NCBI GenBank assembly: GCA_049366715.1
Contig: JBMNCQ010000059.1
Location: forward strand, 113,607 to 177,606
Origin: Peptococcaceae bacterium
Lineage (GTDB): Bacteria; Bacillota; Peptococcia; Peptococcales; BICA1-8
Length of the DNA stretch: 64,000 bases
Reading direction: 5' to 3'
A program made the translations under genes and the position numbers. Below, in pieces: positions 36,584-44,351 of the stretch. Position 1 is the first letter of the stretch, and every line of letters begins with the position of its first letter. The notes under the pieces are model-generated. The model saw only the letters and a program-made list of their open reading frames with translations. It was not told the DNA's origin and searched no databases.

Positions 36584-37720
36584 ATGAAAAAGATCGTTAT
36601 TGCACCGGATTCTTTTAAAGGAAGCATGTCGGCTAAAGAGGTATGTGATGCGCTGGAGAGAGGAGTGAAAAGTGTCATTCCTGCTGTGGAAATTATTAAG
36701 ATTCCCATGGCAGACGGAGGGGAAGGAACGGTAGAGACTTTAGTAGATGCCACTGAAGGCAGGCTGGTTGAGCTAAATGTGCTGGACCCGTTAGGGAAGC
36801 CGGCTCCTTCCTATTTTGGTATCTTAGGCGATGGAACAACAGCTGTGATTGAAATGGCTCTGGCATCAGGATTAACTATGGTGCCTAAAGAACGGAGGAA
36901 TCCTCTTTTTACTACGACTTATGGTACGGGCCAGCTTATTAAGGCTGCTGTAGAGAGCGGATGCAGGGAATTCATGATCGGCATCGGCGGAAGTGCGACT
37001 AACGACGGCGGAGTCGGCATGGCTCAAGCTCTGGGAATAAAGTTTCTGGATGAGGAAGGCCGGGAAATAGCATACGGGGGAGGAAACCTGGGTAAAATCA
37101 AAAAAATCGACATGACTAATCTGGATAGCAGGATCAGCGAATGTAAATTTAAAGTTGCCTGTGATGTTGACAATCCTTTATGTGGCCCCAAAGGCGCCTC
37201 TCATGTTTTTGGACCCCAGAAAGGTGCTACGCCGGAAATAGCTGCATTTCTGGATCAATCGTTAGCCCATTTGGCGGAAGTGATTAAAAAAGACTTAGGC
37301 CGGGATGTTGCCGCGGAACCCGGTGCGGGTGCGGCCGGAGGATTAGGCGCCGGTTTGCTGGCTTTCTGTAATGCCGAGCTGCAGAGAGGGATCGAATTAG
37401 TTATCGAAGCGACAAACATAGCAGAAAAGATGACAGGGGCGGATTTAGTCATAACAGGGGAAGGACAGATGGATTTTCAAACTGCCCATGGTAAAACCGC
37501 TTATGGAGTTGCCCGGATCGCGAAAAAGAAAAATATCCCGGTAATTGCTCTGGTGGGAACAATTGGAACCGGTACGGAGGTATTATATGAAAAAGGGATA
37601 AATGCAATTTTTTCTATTTTGGAAGGACCGATGTCCCTTGATGAATGTATGCAAGCCGGACCGCAGCTTGCCGAACGGGCTGCAGCCCGCATCATCAGAG
37701 CATTGCAAATCCGCTTTTAA
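36584..37720 (+). CDS. glxK: Glycerate kinase
   Basis: MKKIVIAPDSFKGSMSAKEVCDALERG...MADGGEGT...ITGEGQMDFQTAHGKT. Confidence 0.9.
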   Translation: MKKIVIAPDSFKGSMSAKEVCDALERGVKSVIPAVEIIKIPMADGGEGTVETLVDATEGRLVELNVLDPLGKPAPSYFGILGDGTTAVIEMALASGLTMVPKERRNPLFTTTYGTGQLIKAAVESGCREFMIGIGGSATNDGGVGMAQALGIKFLDEEGREIAYGGGNLGKIKKIDMTNLDSRISECKFKVACDVDNPLCGPKGASHVFGPQKGATPEIAAFLDQSLAHLAEVIKKDLGRDVAAEPGAGAAGGLGAGLLAFCNAELQRGIELVIEATNIAEKMTGADLVITGEGQMDFQTAHGKTAYGVARIAKKKNIPVIALVGTIGTGTEVLYEKGINAIFSILEGPMSLDECMQAGPQLAERAAARIIRALQIRF

Positions 37721-37807
37721 AGGCGGGTTTGCAATGACTTCCGGGGAAGGAACAGGCAGGTTATTCCAGGGAGATTAGCTATCTTTGCAATAGTTTTTAT
37801 AAAATAT

Positions 37808-37836
37808 TTGCATGTAGGCGGTTAAGTGGTTATAAT
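37808..37836 (+). promoter_or_regulatory. Sigma-A-type promoter of tRNA-Pro
   Basis: TTGCAT (37808-37813), a 17-nt spacer, then TATAAT (37831-37836), 9 nt before the tRNA 5' end. Confidence 0.7.
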
Positions 37837-37845
37837 AGTGTTTAG

Positions 37846-37922
37846 CGGGGTGTGGCTCAGTTTGGTAGAGCGCTGCGTTCGGGACGCAGAGGCCGCAGGT
37901 TCAAATCCTGTCACCCCGACCA
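37846..37922 (+). tRNA. tRNA-Pro (anticodon CGG), CCA encoded
   Basis: Acceptor CGGGGTG/CACCCCG, D-arm GCTCAGTTTGGTAGAGC, anticodon stem CTGCG/CGCAG with loop TTCGGGA, T-arm GCAGGTTCAAATCCTGT, and a 3' ACCA. Confidence 0.9.
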
Positions 37923-37935
37923 TTTTTTAGAGAGG

Positions 37936-38490
37936 ATGGCCTTGATGCAGCAAGAGCGGAAAGAGTTGGATCAAAAACTCTTAGAAGCGTACGAGGACCT
38001 AAGCAGAACCTTTTGGAATGTAAAAGACAGCCTGGGAGACCTTCCTCAGGGAAGTTTACCCAGTATAGAAAGACTTAAGATCGTTGAGCGTAAATTAACT
38101 ACCGAACGGAGGCTTTTGGAAGAGATCAGTCTGCCTTGCAGATTTATTCTTGAACACTTTACAACATTCATGGGGAAACTTGATCATACTATAGGTTACA
38201 AAGTGGGACAGTTTCAAGTAGGACGAGCCCTTTTGAGTGATTTCTATATTGAAGAATGGGGCAATATTATTCTGAGCCTGGGGAATGTGCAATTAACCTG
38301 GCGGGATGAAGATTATCACTATTTATTTTATCCGGATAAGGTTATTCTGAGGTCTTGTGACAGGGCTAAGCAGGAAATCCATTTATATTTTAGCTTTGCC
38401 TTTAAATACTCCCATTTATTAGAATTATTCCAGGATTTACCCAAACATGCTCAGGTGGATTACTGGCACGAAGATTTGGTAATGAATTAA
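37936..38490 (+). CDS. Hypothetical protein (184 aa)
   Basis: Track ORF 37852 overlaps the tRNA, so I moved the start to ATG 37936 after GAGAGGA. No family recognised. Confidence 0.5.
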   Translation: MALMQQERKELDQKLLEAYEDLSRTFWNVKDSLGDLPQGSLPSIERLKIVERKLTTERRLLEEISLPCRFILEHFTTFMGKLDHTIGYKVGQFQVGRALLSDFYIEEWGNIILSLGNVQLTWRDEDYHYLFYPDKVILRSCDRAKQEIHLYFSFAFKYSHLLELFQDLPKHAQVDYWHEDLVMN

Positions 38491-38668
38491 GAACTCTTAG
38501 GGGGTTCTTTTTTAATTTTAATTTGCTGCTTTTATTAAAGTCCGGCAAATTTTTACCAGTAAAAATAGGGTATAAAAATTTTCTTGAAATTTATGAAATA
38601 AAAGAGGATAAGAGGCCAGGATGGTGAATATAATTAAATATGAAATTTTCATAAAATTTTTTCAAATA

Positions 38669-38724
38669 ACATGTATGATGTCTCATGTGTTTATTTTTTT
38701 CTTAACTTGTATGATGTCATTTGT
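38669..38724 (+). promoter_or_regulatory. Two direct copies of ACnTGTATGATGTC(T)CAT(T)TGT; candidate GntR/FadR-type operator overlapping the promoter of the first catabolic operon
   Basis: ACATGTATGATGTCTCATGT at 38669-38688 and ACTTGTATGATGTCATTTGT at 38705-38724. The second copy runs into TATAAG, a -10-like hexamer. Confidence 0.45.
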
Positions 38725-38764
38725 ATAAGATGTAACGTAATACAACAGGAAGGGGCTAGATAAA

Positions 38765-39499
38765 ATGACGGTTATTCATAAAGATTTATGCACCGGCTGC
38801 AAAATTTGTAACAAATATTGTACTGTTGATGCGATTCATTATTCTCCTGAGGAGAAGAAATGTTTTATTGACCAGTCCAGGTGTACGGAATGTTATGTAT
38901 GCTTAAGACAGAAGGTCTGTCCGAGGGGTGCGATTCAGCCTGTGGAGTTAGACGGCTTCTATAAACAATTTCAGCACGTAATCAGTGATCCTGTTGAAAG
39001 TCATGGGGTTACGGGAGTAAGCGGCCGGGGGACGGAAGAAGTAAAAACAAATGACGTATCAGGCAGAACCCGCAAAGGTGAAGTAGGGATTTGTATTGAT
39101 ATGGGACGTCCCGGTCTGGGTGTATATTTAAGGGATGCAGAAAAGGTTGCCATGGCAATTGCTGCTGCCGGGGCAGAACTGGCACCCGCTGAACATACTC
39201 CGTTAGCGGCTTTGATGCCGGATTTAAAAACCGGCAGATTAGAGGAAGCCTGCTTGGATTATCATCTCTTGTCGGTCATTGTAGAGGCAAAGTGTCAGGA
39301 GATGCAGCTTAGGGAAGTGTTGCAGGCCCTGCAAAAAATTGCAAAAGAAATCGATACGGTATTTTCTTTGGGATTAATCGTACGCACTGATGAAAAAGGA
39401 AAGACTAAGGTCCTGGATTGTTTGGATGAATTAGGAATACCACGGCCGTATCGCGGCAAAGTCAATGTCGGCTTAGGAAAACCATTATCTTTAGCTTAG
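38765..39499 (+). CDS. Module 1, subunit A: N-terminal 2x[4Fe-4S] ferredoxin domain fused to an unrecognised ~180-aa domain
   Basis: CTGCKICNKYC and CTECYVCLRQKVCP, then the conserved SDPVESHGVTGVSGRGTEEVKTNDVSGR...GEVGICIDMGRPGLG...EIDTVFSLGLI...KVNVGLGKP. Confidence 0.8.
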   Translation: MTVIHKDLCTGCKICNKYCTVDAIHYSPEEKKCFIDQSRCTECYVCLRQKVCPRGAIQPVELDGFYKQFQHVISDPVESHGVTGVSGRGTEEVKTNDVSGRTRKGEVGICIDMGRPGLGVYLRDAEKVAMAIAAAGAELAPAEHTPLAALMPDLKTGRLEEACLDYHLLSVIVEAKCQEMQLREVLQALQKIAKEIDTVFSLGLIVRTDEKGKTKVLDCLDELGIPRPYRGKVNVGLGKPLSLA

Positions 39500-39515
39500 A
39501 AGGGAGGAAAATGAA

Positions 39516-40163
39516 GTGACGCATTCTTTACATCGTTCAGGTTCTCTGGAATCACAGAAAAAAGATTTCAACTGGTTCATGTATCAGACGCAAGGAGTTA
39601 ATGATACAAACATTAAAGAAAAGGCTTTAGAATTTATTGCCGTAGCGGAAGCATTAGGCTCAGAAAACTGGGGAGATGTTAAGACAGGGCCTAAAACCCA
39701 GTACCCTGTAGAATATATCAAGGAAAATATCACGAATAAATCCCGGATCAGGGGAGTATTTACCCGTAAAGAACAGGTAGTAGAATTTCTAAAACAAATT
39801 AAAGCCAAGGATTTAGACCAATCAGTGGTCATTACCGGGGTTTTGTCTGAAGTACTGCCGGCTTGTCAAGAGGCGGAAGTTAAACCCCATTCGATAAATT
39901 ACTCATTAGGCGTATGGGGGAAGAAAGATAACCTGCCTGATGAAACAACCCTCTCTATAACGACCATGTGCGGGCATCATATGATTCCGCCTAAATATGT
40001 TGAATATATGATTGAACAAGTTAACAAGGGACGTCTTACCGCAGATGAAGCAGCAATAAAGTTAGCTAATTTCTGCTATTGCGGTATTTTCAATCAGGTA
40101 AGATGTGCCGAAATTATTCATGAAACGGTTGCCGCCGCAGGCGAAGCTGCCGCTCTGGAATAA
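39516..40163 (+). CDS. Module 1, subunit B: 'MTHSLHR' protein with conserved MCGH and CxCG motifs, unrecognised family
   Basis: GTG start 16 nt after the subunit A stop, behind GAAGGGAGGAA. MTHSLHRSG...KPHSINYSLGVWG...TTMCGHHMIPP...KGRLTADEAAIKLANFCYCGIFN. Confidence 0.8.
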   Translation: MTHSLHRSGSLESQKKDFNWFMYQTQGVNDTNIKEKALEFIAVAEALGSENWGDVKTGPKTQYPVEYIKENITNKSRIRGVFTRKEQVVEFLKQIKAKDLDQSVVITGVLSEVLPACQEAEVKPHSINYSLGVWGKKDNLPDETTLSITTMCGHHMIPPKYVEYMIEQVNKGRLTADEAAIKLANFCYCGIFNQVRCAEIIHETVAAAGEAAALE

Positions 40164-40186
40164 GTATTAAAAAAGTTAACCCCCCT

Positions 40187-40236
40187 GGGAGGATAAATAA
40201 ATTTCTCAGCAACCCCTTTATTTGATTTATCCTCCC
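40187..40236 (+). other. Long imperfect hairpin between module 1 and the Ldh_2 gene
   Basis: GGGAGGATAAATAAAT ... ATTTGATTTATCCTCCC, about 15 bp of pairing with a ~17-nt loop and no clear T-run. Confidence 0.5.
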
Positions 40237-40266
40237 ATCCTAATTTTTATACATGGTGGGATTATT

Positions 40267-41331
40267 TTGACGAATAAATTTAGGTTTCACTACAAGGAAC
40301 TATTTGATTTTTCTGAAAACATCCTGGTTAATTCCGGAGTCCCTGAAAAACATGCGGAGATCGTTGTTAAAGTCTTGATCCAAGCTGATCTTGAGGGGAT
40401 ATCATCCCATGGACTGACCAGGCTGCCTGTTTATCTGGAGAGAATAGAAAAGGGTTTAATCAATACAAATCCCCGGATCGCTTTGGACTTTCCTTTCCCG
40501 GCCTTAGGAGTGCTGGATGCCGATAACAGCTTAGGCCATGTAGCGGCACATACCGCTATGGAGGAATTGATCATTAAAGCCAAGGAGTATGGTATCGCCG
40601 GAATTGGGATTAGGAACAGTAATCATTTCGGTGCCGCTTCATATTACGCCAATATGGCTATGCAACATAACTTGGTGGGAATTGTTCTATCTAACGGACC
40701 TCCGGCAATACCTCCCTGGGGTTCATATGAGCCGTATTTGGGAACAAATCCTATCGCCGTCTCTATTCCCGGCGGAGATGAATATGGTCCCCTGGTCATT
40801 GACTTAGCGACAAGTATTGTTGCCAGGGGGCGGATTATCAAGGCAGCTTTAGAGGGACTGCCTCTTGAACCCGGCTGGGCCTTAGATTCAAAGGGCAAAC
40901 CTACAACAAATGCCGGTGCGGCTTTACAGGGATGTATTTTGCCAATGGCACAGCATAAAGGTGCTGCCTTGGCAATGGCAGTAGAGATATTAGCCGGTTT
41001 GCTGACCGGTGCAGGCTATGGAAAAGATGTCATCTGGCAAATGAGCGACCTGCCATTGCCTGGTAACGTCGGTCATCTCCTGATTTCTTTCAATCCGGAG
41101 GGATTTTTGAATATTCCGGTTATTAAGGCTAAGATGGATTCTATGATGAAAGAGATGAAAAGTTTACCCAAAGCTTATGGCTTTACGGAAATTAGAATTC
41201 CCGGAGAAAAAGGACGAAAAATGGCAGAAAGCAATAAACAAAAGGGAATTATTTTGAGCAGGGAATTGGTAGAAAAGTTTGCACACCTTGCTGTTAAACT
41301 ATCGGTTCCCCTGCCAAAATCAATGATTTAA
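40267..41331 (+). CDS. Ldh_2 family (malate/L-lactate/sulfolactate-type) 2-hydroxyacid or imino-acid dehydrogenase
   Basis: Start moved to TTG 40267. ADLEGISSHGLTRLPVYLERI, NSNHFGAASYY, GTNPIAVSIP, and ATSIVARGRI are typical Ldh_2 motifs. Confidence 0.8.
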   Translation: MTNKFRFHYKELFDFSENILVNSGVPEKHAEIVVKVLIQADLEGISSHGLTRLPVYLERIEKGLINTNPRIALDFPFPALGVLDADNSLGHVAAHTAMEELIIKAKEYGIAGIGIRNSNHFGAASYYANMAMQHNLVGIVLSNGPPAIPPWGSYEPYLGTNPIAVSIPGGDEYGPLVIDLATSIVARGRIIKAALEGLPLEPGWALDSKGKPTTNAGAALQGCILPMAQHKGAALAMAVEILAGLLTGAGYGKDVIWQMSDLPLPGNVGHLLISFNPEGFLNIPVIKAKMDSMMKEMKSLPKAYGFTEIRIPGEKGRKMAESNKQKGIILSRELVEKFAHLAVKLSVPLPKSMI

Positions 41332-41350
41332 CCACTTAGGAGGGAATTTT

Positions 41351-42079
41351 ATGAGAGTAGATCAAGAAAAATGTATGGGCTGCGGGATATGTGTGCCGTA
41401 CTGTCCTGCTAATGCGATTACGATCCGGAACAAAAAGGCGCAGATTGATGAAGAGGCTTGTTTTGAATGTGGCAATTGCCTGAGGACGAGAGTTGTAAGA
41501 TGTCCTCAAGGTGCTTTTTACGAACAGCCCGGCCTTTATGAGAGTACCAGAGCAGCCAGAAGGTTTTTTAGCGACCCGATGACTACTCATTCTGTTACCA
41601 AGATTCCCGGCCGGGGTACGGAAGAGGTAAAAACAAATGATGTTACCGGACGGGTTGTGCGGGGGGAAATCGGTATTGCAATTGAGATGGGACGACCTTG
41701 TTTGGGAACCGATATGAATCAGGTCGAAAAAGTCACAATTGCCCTGGGGGAATTGGGTTTGGAATTTGAAGAAATGAATCCTTTAACTCATCTGATGGAA
41801 GACCGTAATAAAGGTACCATCAAGCCGGAATACAAAGATGAGAAAATGGTTTCCTGTATTATTGAGTTTACCGCACCGAAATCCCTGCTGGTTCCGGTGA
41901 TGAATGTTTTGAAAAAGGTTGCTGCTGAAATCAATACCGTTTTCTCTCTGGATTTAATATACCGCTTTAATGAGGACGGTTCATTACCAATTCTGCCTGA
42001 ATTAGAAAAACTGGGTGTCAGAGTACGCAAAAATTCTAAGGTTAACCTGGGTATGGGTCGGCCGGTTATTACTGTATAG
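41351..42079 (+). CDS. Module 2, subunit A (divergent paralog)
   Basis: CMGCGICVPYCP and CFECGNCLRTRVVRCP, then SDPMTTHSVTKIPGRGTEEVKTNDVTGR...GEIGIAIEMGRPCLG...EINTVFSLDLI...KVNLGMGRP. Confidence 0.8.
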   Translation: MRVDQEKCMGCGICVPYCPANAITIRNKKAQIDEEACFECGNCLRTRVVRCPQGAFYEQPGLYESTRAARRFFSDPMTTHSVTKIPGRGTEEVKTNDVTGRVVRGEIGIAIEMGRPCLGTDMNQVEKVTIALGELGLEFEEMNPLTHLMEDRNKGTIKPEYKDEKMVSCIIEFTAPKSLLVPVMNVLKKVAAEINTVFSLDLIYRFNEDGSLPILPELEKLGVRVRKNSKVNLGMGRPVITV

Positions 42080-42092
42080 GAGGATTTTAGAT

Positions 42093-42740
42093 ATGACACA
42101 TTCATTGCACCGGAGAGGTACCGAAGAAAGTTTAAAGGATGATTATGTCTTATTGGTCACATCAGCTTATGGTTTTAATCATGAAGGATCAAAAGAAAAA
42201 ATGCGTAAAATACTTGATGAAGTTTTTGCTATGGAGCCTTGTAATATTGGCTCCTATGATACGGGTACCATCCTGGGGGGGGTTGATATTCAGGAAATCC
42301 GGGATGCGTTAAATGATGTGCCCCGGGTTAGGTGTGCTTTTTCTTCTAAGGAACAAATGAAAGCCGTATTAAAAAGAATAAAAGAGCTCGATCTCGGTTT
42401 ATCCGTTACGGTCAGCGGTTTAACAGATGAAGTATTAGATATTGCCCGGGAATTAGAAATTAAACCTCATTGTGTTAATCTCTCCTTAGAAGTTTGGGGT
42501 AATGTAGAAAAACTTCCTTCTGAAGAAATATTGGAACTTGTTACGATGTGCGGTCATGGCCTTATTTCTTCCGGTTTGGCCGCAGATTGCCTAGCAAAAG
42601 TAAAAAAAGGCCGGATGACTGCCAGAGAGGCTGCTGTTAAGATATCTCACCCCTGTGTGTGCGGTATCTATAACCCAGATAGAGCAGAAAAATTACTGGA
42701 AAAATACGTACCCTCAAAAGAAGGCCGGGAAATGGCTTAG
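42093..42740 (+). CDS. Module 2, subunit B (divergent paralog)
   Basis: Start moved to ATG 42093, 13 nt after the subunit A stop and behind AGGAGG. MTHSLHRRG...KPHCVNLSLEVWG...VTMCGHGLIS...KGRMTAREAAVKISHPCVCGIYN. Confidence 0.8.
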   Translation: MTHSLHRRGTEESLKDDYVLLVTSAYGFNHEGSKEKMRKILDEVFAMEPCNIGSYDTGTILGGVDIQEIRDALNDVPRVRCAFSSKEQMKAVLKRIKELDLGLSVTVSGLTDEVLDIARELEIKPHCVNLSLEVWGNVEKLPSEEILELVTMCGHGLISSGLAADCLAKVKKGRMTAREAAVKISHPCVCGIYNPDRAEKLLEKYVPSKEGREMA

Positions 42741-42813
42741 TTGGCAGGGGAGGTGGAAAGAAGGGTTAAAATTCTGGTTGTAAGGGTTTTTAAAAATTTT
42801 TGGAGGTGGAAGT

Positions 42814-43824
42814 ATGAAAATTAAGAAAATACTAGCATTATTATTGGCAGTAATGTTAGTCGCGTCTGTGGCTGCCGGATGCACCTCAGGTTCCGAGAAA
42901 GAGGAAGCCAAGCAAGGCGGGGAGAAGCCCGCATATCCGGAAAGACCTATTGAATTAGTTGTTCCTTTCAGTGCCGGGGGCGGCAGTGATATCTTTGCCA
43001 GATCAATGGTCAAAATTATTAATGACAACAAATGGGTGAGCCAGCCTCTCAATGTCGTAAACAAGCCCGGCGGCAGCGGGTCTATCGGTTATGCCTATGT
43101 TGCTGAAAAGAAAGCTGATCCATATTACAGTGCTACGGTAAGTTCCAGCTTCTATACAGCCCCCCTATTAGGAAATTCCCCGGTTTCTTATAAAGATTTT
43201 CAGCCTGTTGCCGGTTTAGCTATGGATACCCTGGCACTTTTTGTGCGGACCGAGTCCGATATCCAGAGTGTTAAGGATGTTGTGGAGAGATCTGAAGCAA
43301 ACCCCAAGAGTCTTTCCATGGGCGGAACAAGCGGAACTTCTGATGATGCCGTAATGCACCGCGTATTGCAGGATGAAGCAGGTATCGAAATTAAATATGT
43401 TCCTTTTGAAAGCGGCGGCCAGGCTATGACGGCCCTCCTCGGCGGACACGTAGATTTAGTATGGGCCAACCCCGGAGAGGCTTTAAACCAGGTTGAAGCA
43501 GGCAAAGCCCGCGCAATAGTCGTGGCCAGTGAAGAAAGAATTCCGGGCTTTGAAGATGTACCTACTTTAATGGAAGAAGGTATTGATGCCAAACTTGCCC
43601 AGTTCCGCGGATTTATTTTACCGAAGGATGCCCCGCCAGAAGCCGTAGAATACTGGGAAGACGTTCTTAAGAAGCTTCATGAGAGTGAGGCCTGGCAGGA
43701 AGACTATATTAAGAAAAACTCAATTACTCCCCGTTTCTTAGGTCAGGAAGAATTTGCTGAAGCCATCGTTGAACTTAGTGACATGTATGCCGAGATCTTC
43801 GAAAAAATCGGAGCAACTAAGTAA
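42814..43824 (+). CDS. tctC: Tripartite tricarboxylate transporter substrate-binding lipoprotein
   Basis: Lipobox VAAGC; Bug/TctC signature PIELVVPFSAGGGSDIFARSM. Confidence 0.9.
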   Translation: MKIKKILALLLAVMLVASVAAGCTSGSEKEEAKQGGEKPAYPERPIELVVPFSAGGGSDIFARSMVKIINDNKWVSQPLNVVNKPGGSGSIGYAYVAEKKADPYYSATVSSSFYTAPLLGNSPVSYKDFQPVAGLAMDTLALFVRTESDIQSVKDVVERSEANPKSLSMGGTSGTSDDAVMHRVLQDEAGIEIKYVPFESGGQAMTALLGGHVDLVWANPGEALNQVEAGKARAIVVASEERIPGFEDVPTLMEEGIDAKLAQFRGFILPKDAPPEAVEYWEDVLKKLHESEAWQEDYIKKNSITPRFLGQEEFAEAIVELSDMYAEIFEKIGATK

Positions 43825-43878
43825 TAAAATGAGGGAGAGCATGCTCTCCCTCATTATGAAAAGAAGGGGGGTTCTATT

Positions 43879-44334
43879 ATGAAAAAGGCTGACCAAATTA
43901 CGGGTAGTATCCTCTTAGCCCTTTCTGTCTATATCATGAAATCGGCGGCTTCCCTTGTGTTATGGAATGAAGGCGCGCCAGGGCCGGGATTTGTTCCTTT
44001 CTGGGTGGGAATATTTTTAGCAATTTGCTCAGTGGTCTTAATTATGACTACTTTAGGTAAAAAATATCAGCAGCAGGACCGGATATTTTCTAAAGAAGGC
44101 TTTCAGTATCTGACAGTAGTATGCGGTTCGGCTATTGTTGCCGGTTTAATCGTAAATGTGGTAGGGATGGTATTGGCAATGGGCTTAATGGCCGGAGTAT
44201 TAGTGACGGTTTTATCGGAAGAAAGAAAAATAATTACTTCCCTGGGCACGGTCGTTGTGCTTCCGATGGTATTCTATCTTATCTTTAAAATAGCTTTAGA
44301 CGTTCCGTTGCCAATGGGAATCTTTGGTTTTTAG
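43879..44334 (+). CDS. tctB: Tripartite tricarboxylate transporter small membrane subunit
   Basis: 151 aa with 4 TM helices, located between tctC and tctA. Confidence 0.8.
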   Translation: MKKADQITGSILLALSVYIMKSAASLVLWNEGAPGPGFVPFWVGIFLAICSVVLIMTTLGKKYQQQDRIFSKEGFQYLTVVCGSAIVAGLIVNVVGMVLAMGLMAGVLVTVLSEERKIITSLGTVVVLPMVFYLIFKIALDVPLPMGIFGF

Positions 44335-44351
44335 AAAGGTAGGGGATACAG

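Noticed and set aside
37852-37935. N-terminal 28 codons of track ORF 37852-38490
   Set aside because: They overlap the tRNA-Pro gene on the same strand; the translation MAQFGRALRSGRRGRRFKSCHPD is simply the tRNA read as protein. The start was moved to ATG 37936 behind GAGAGGA.
37720-38765. Integrase, prophage or att repeat next to tRNA-Pro
   Set aside because: There is no recombinase-like ORF and no repeat of the tRNA 3' end within the window, so only the weak boundary observation is reported.
40222-40266. Upstream extension of the Ldh_2 ORF (MIYPPILIFIHGGII)
   Set aside because: It lies in the right arm of the 40187-40236 hairpin and has no RBS. TTG 40267 follows a GGTGGG box, and homology begins there.
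42015-42092. Upstream extension of module-2 subunit B
   Set aside because: It overlaps the end of subunit A. The paralogs start at MTHSLHR, and ATG 42093 has AGGAGG upstream.
42714-43064. 116-aa minus-strand ORF spanning the subunit B2/tctC junction
   Set aside because: It is antisense to two supported genes and their RBS region, with no start context.
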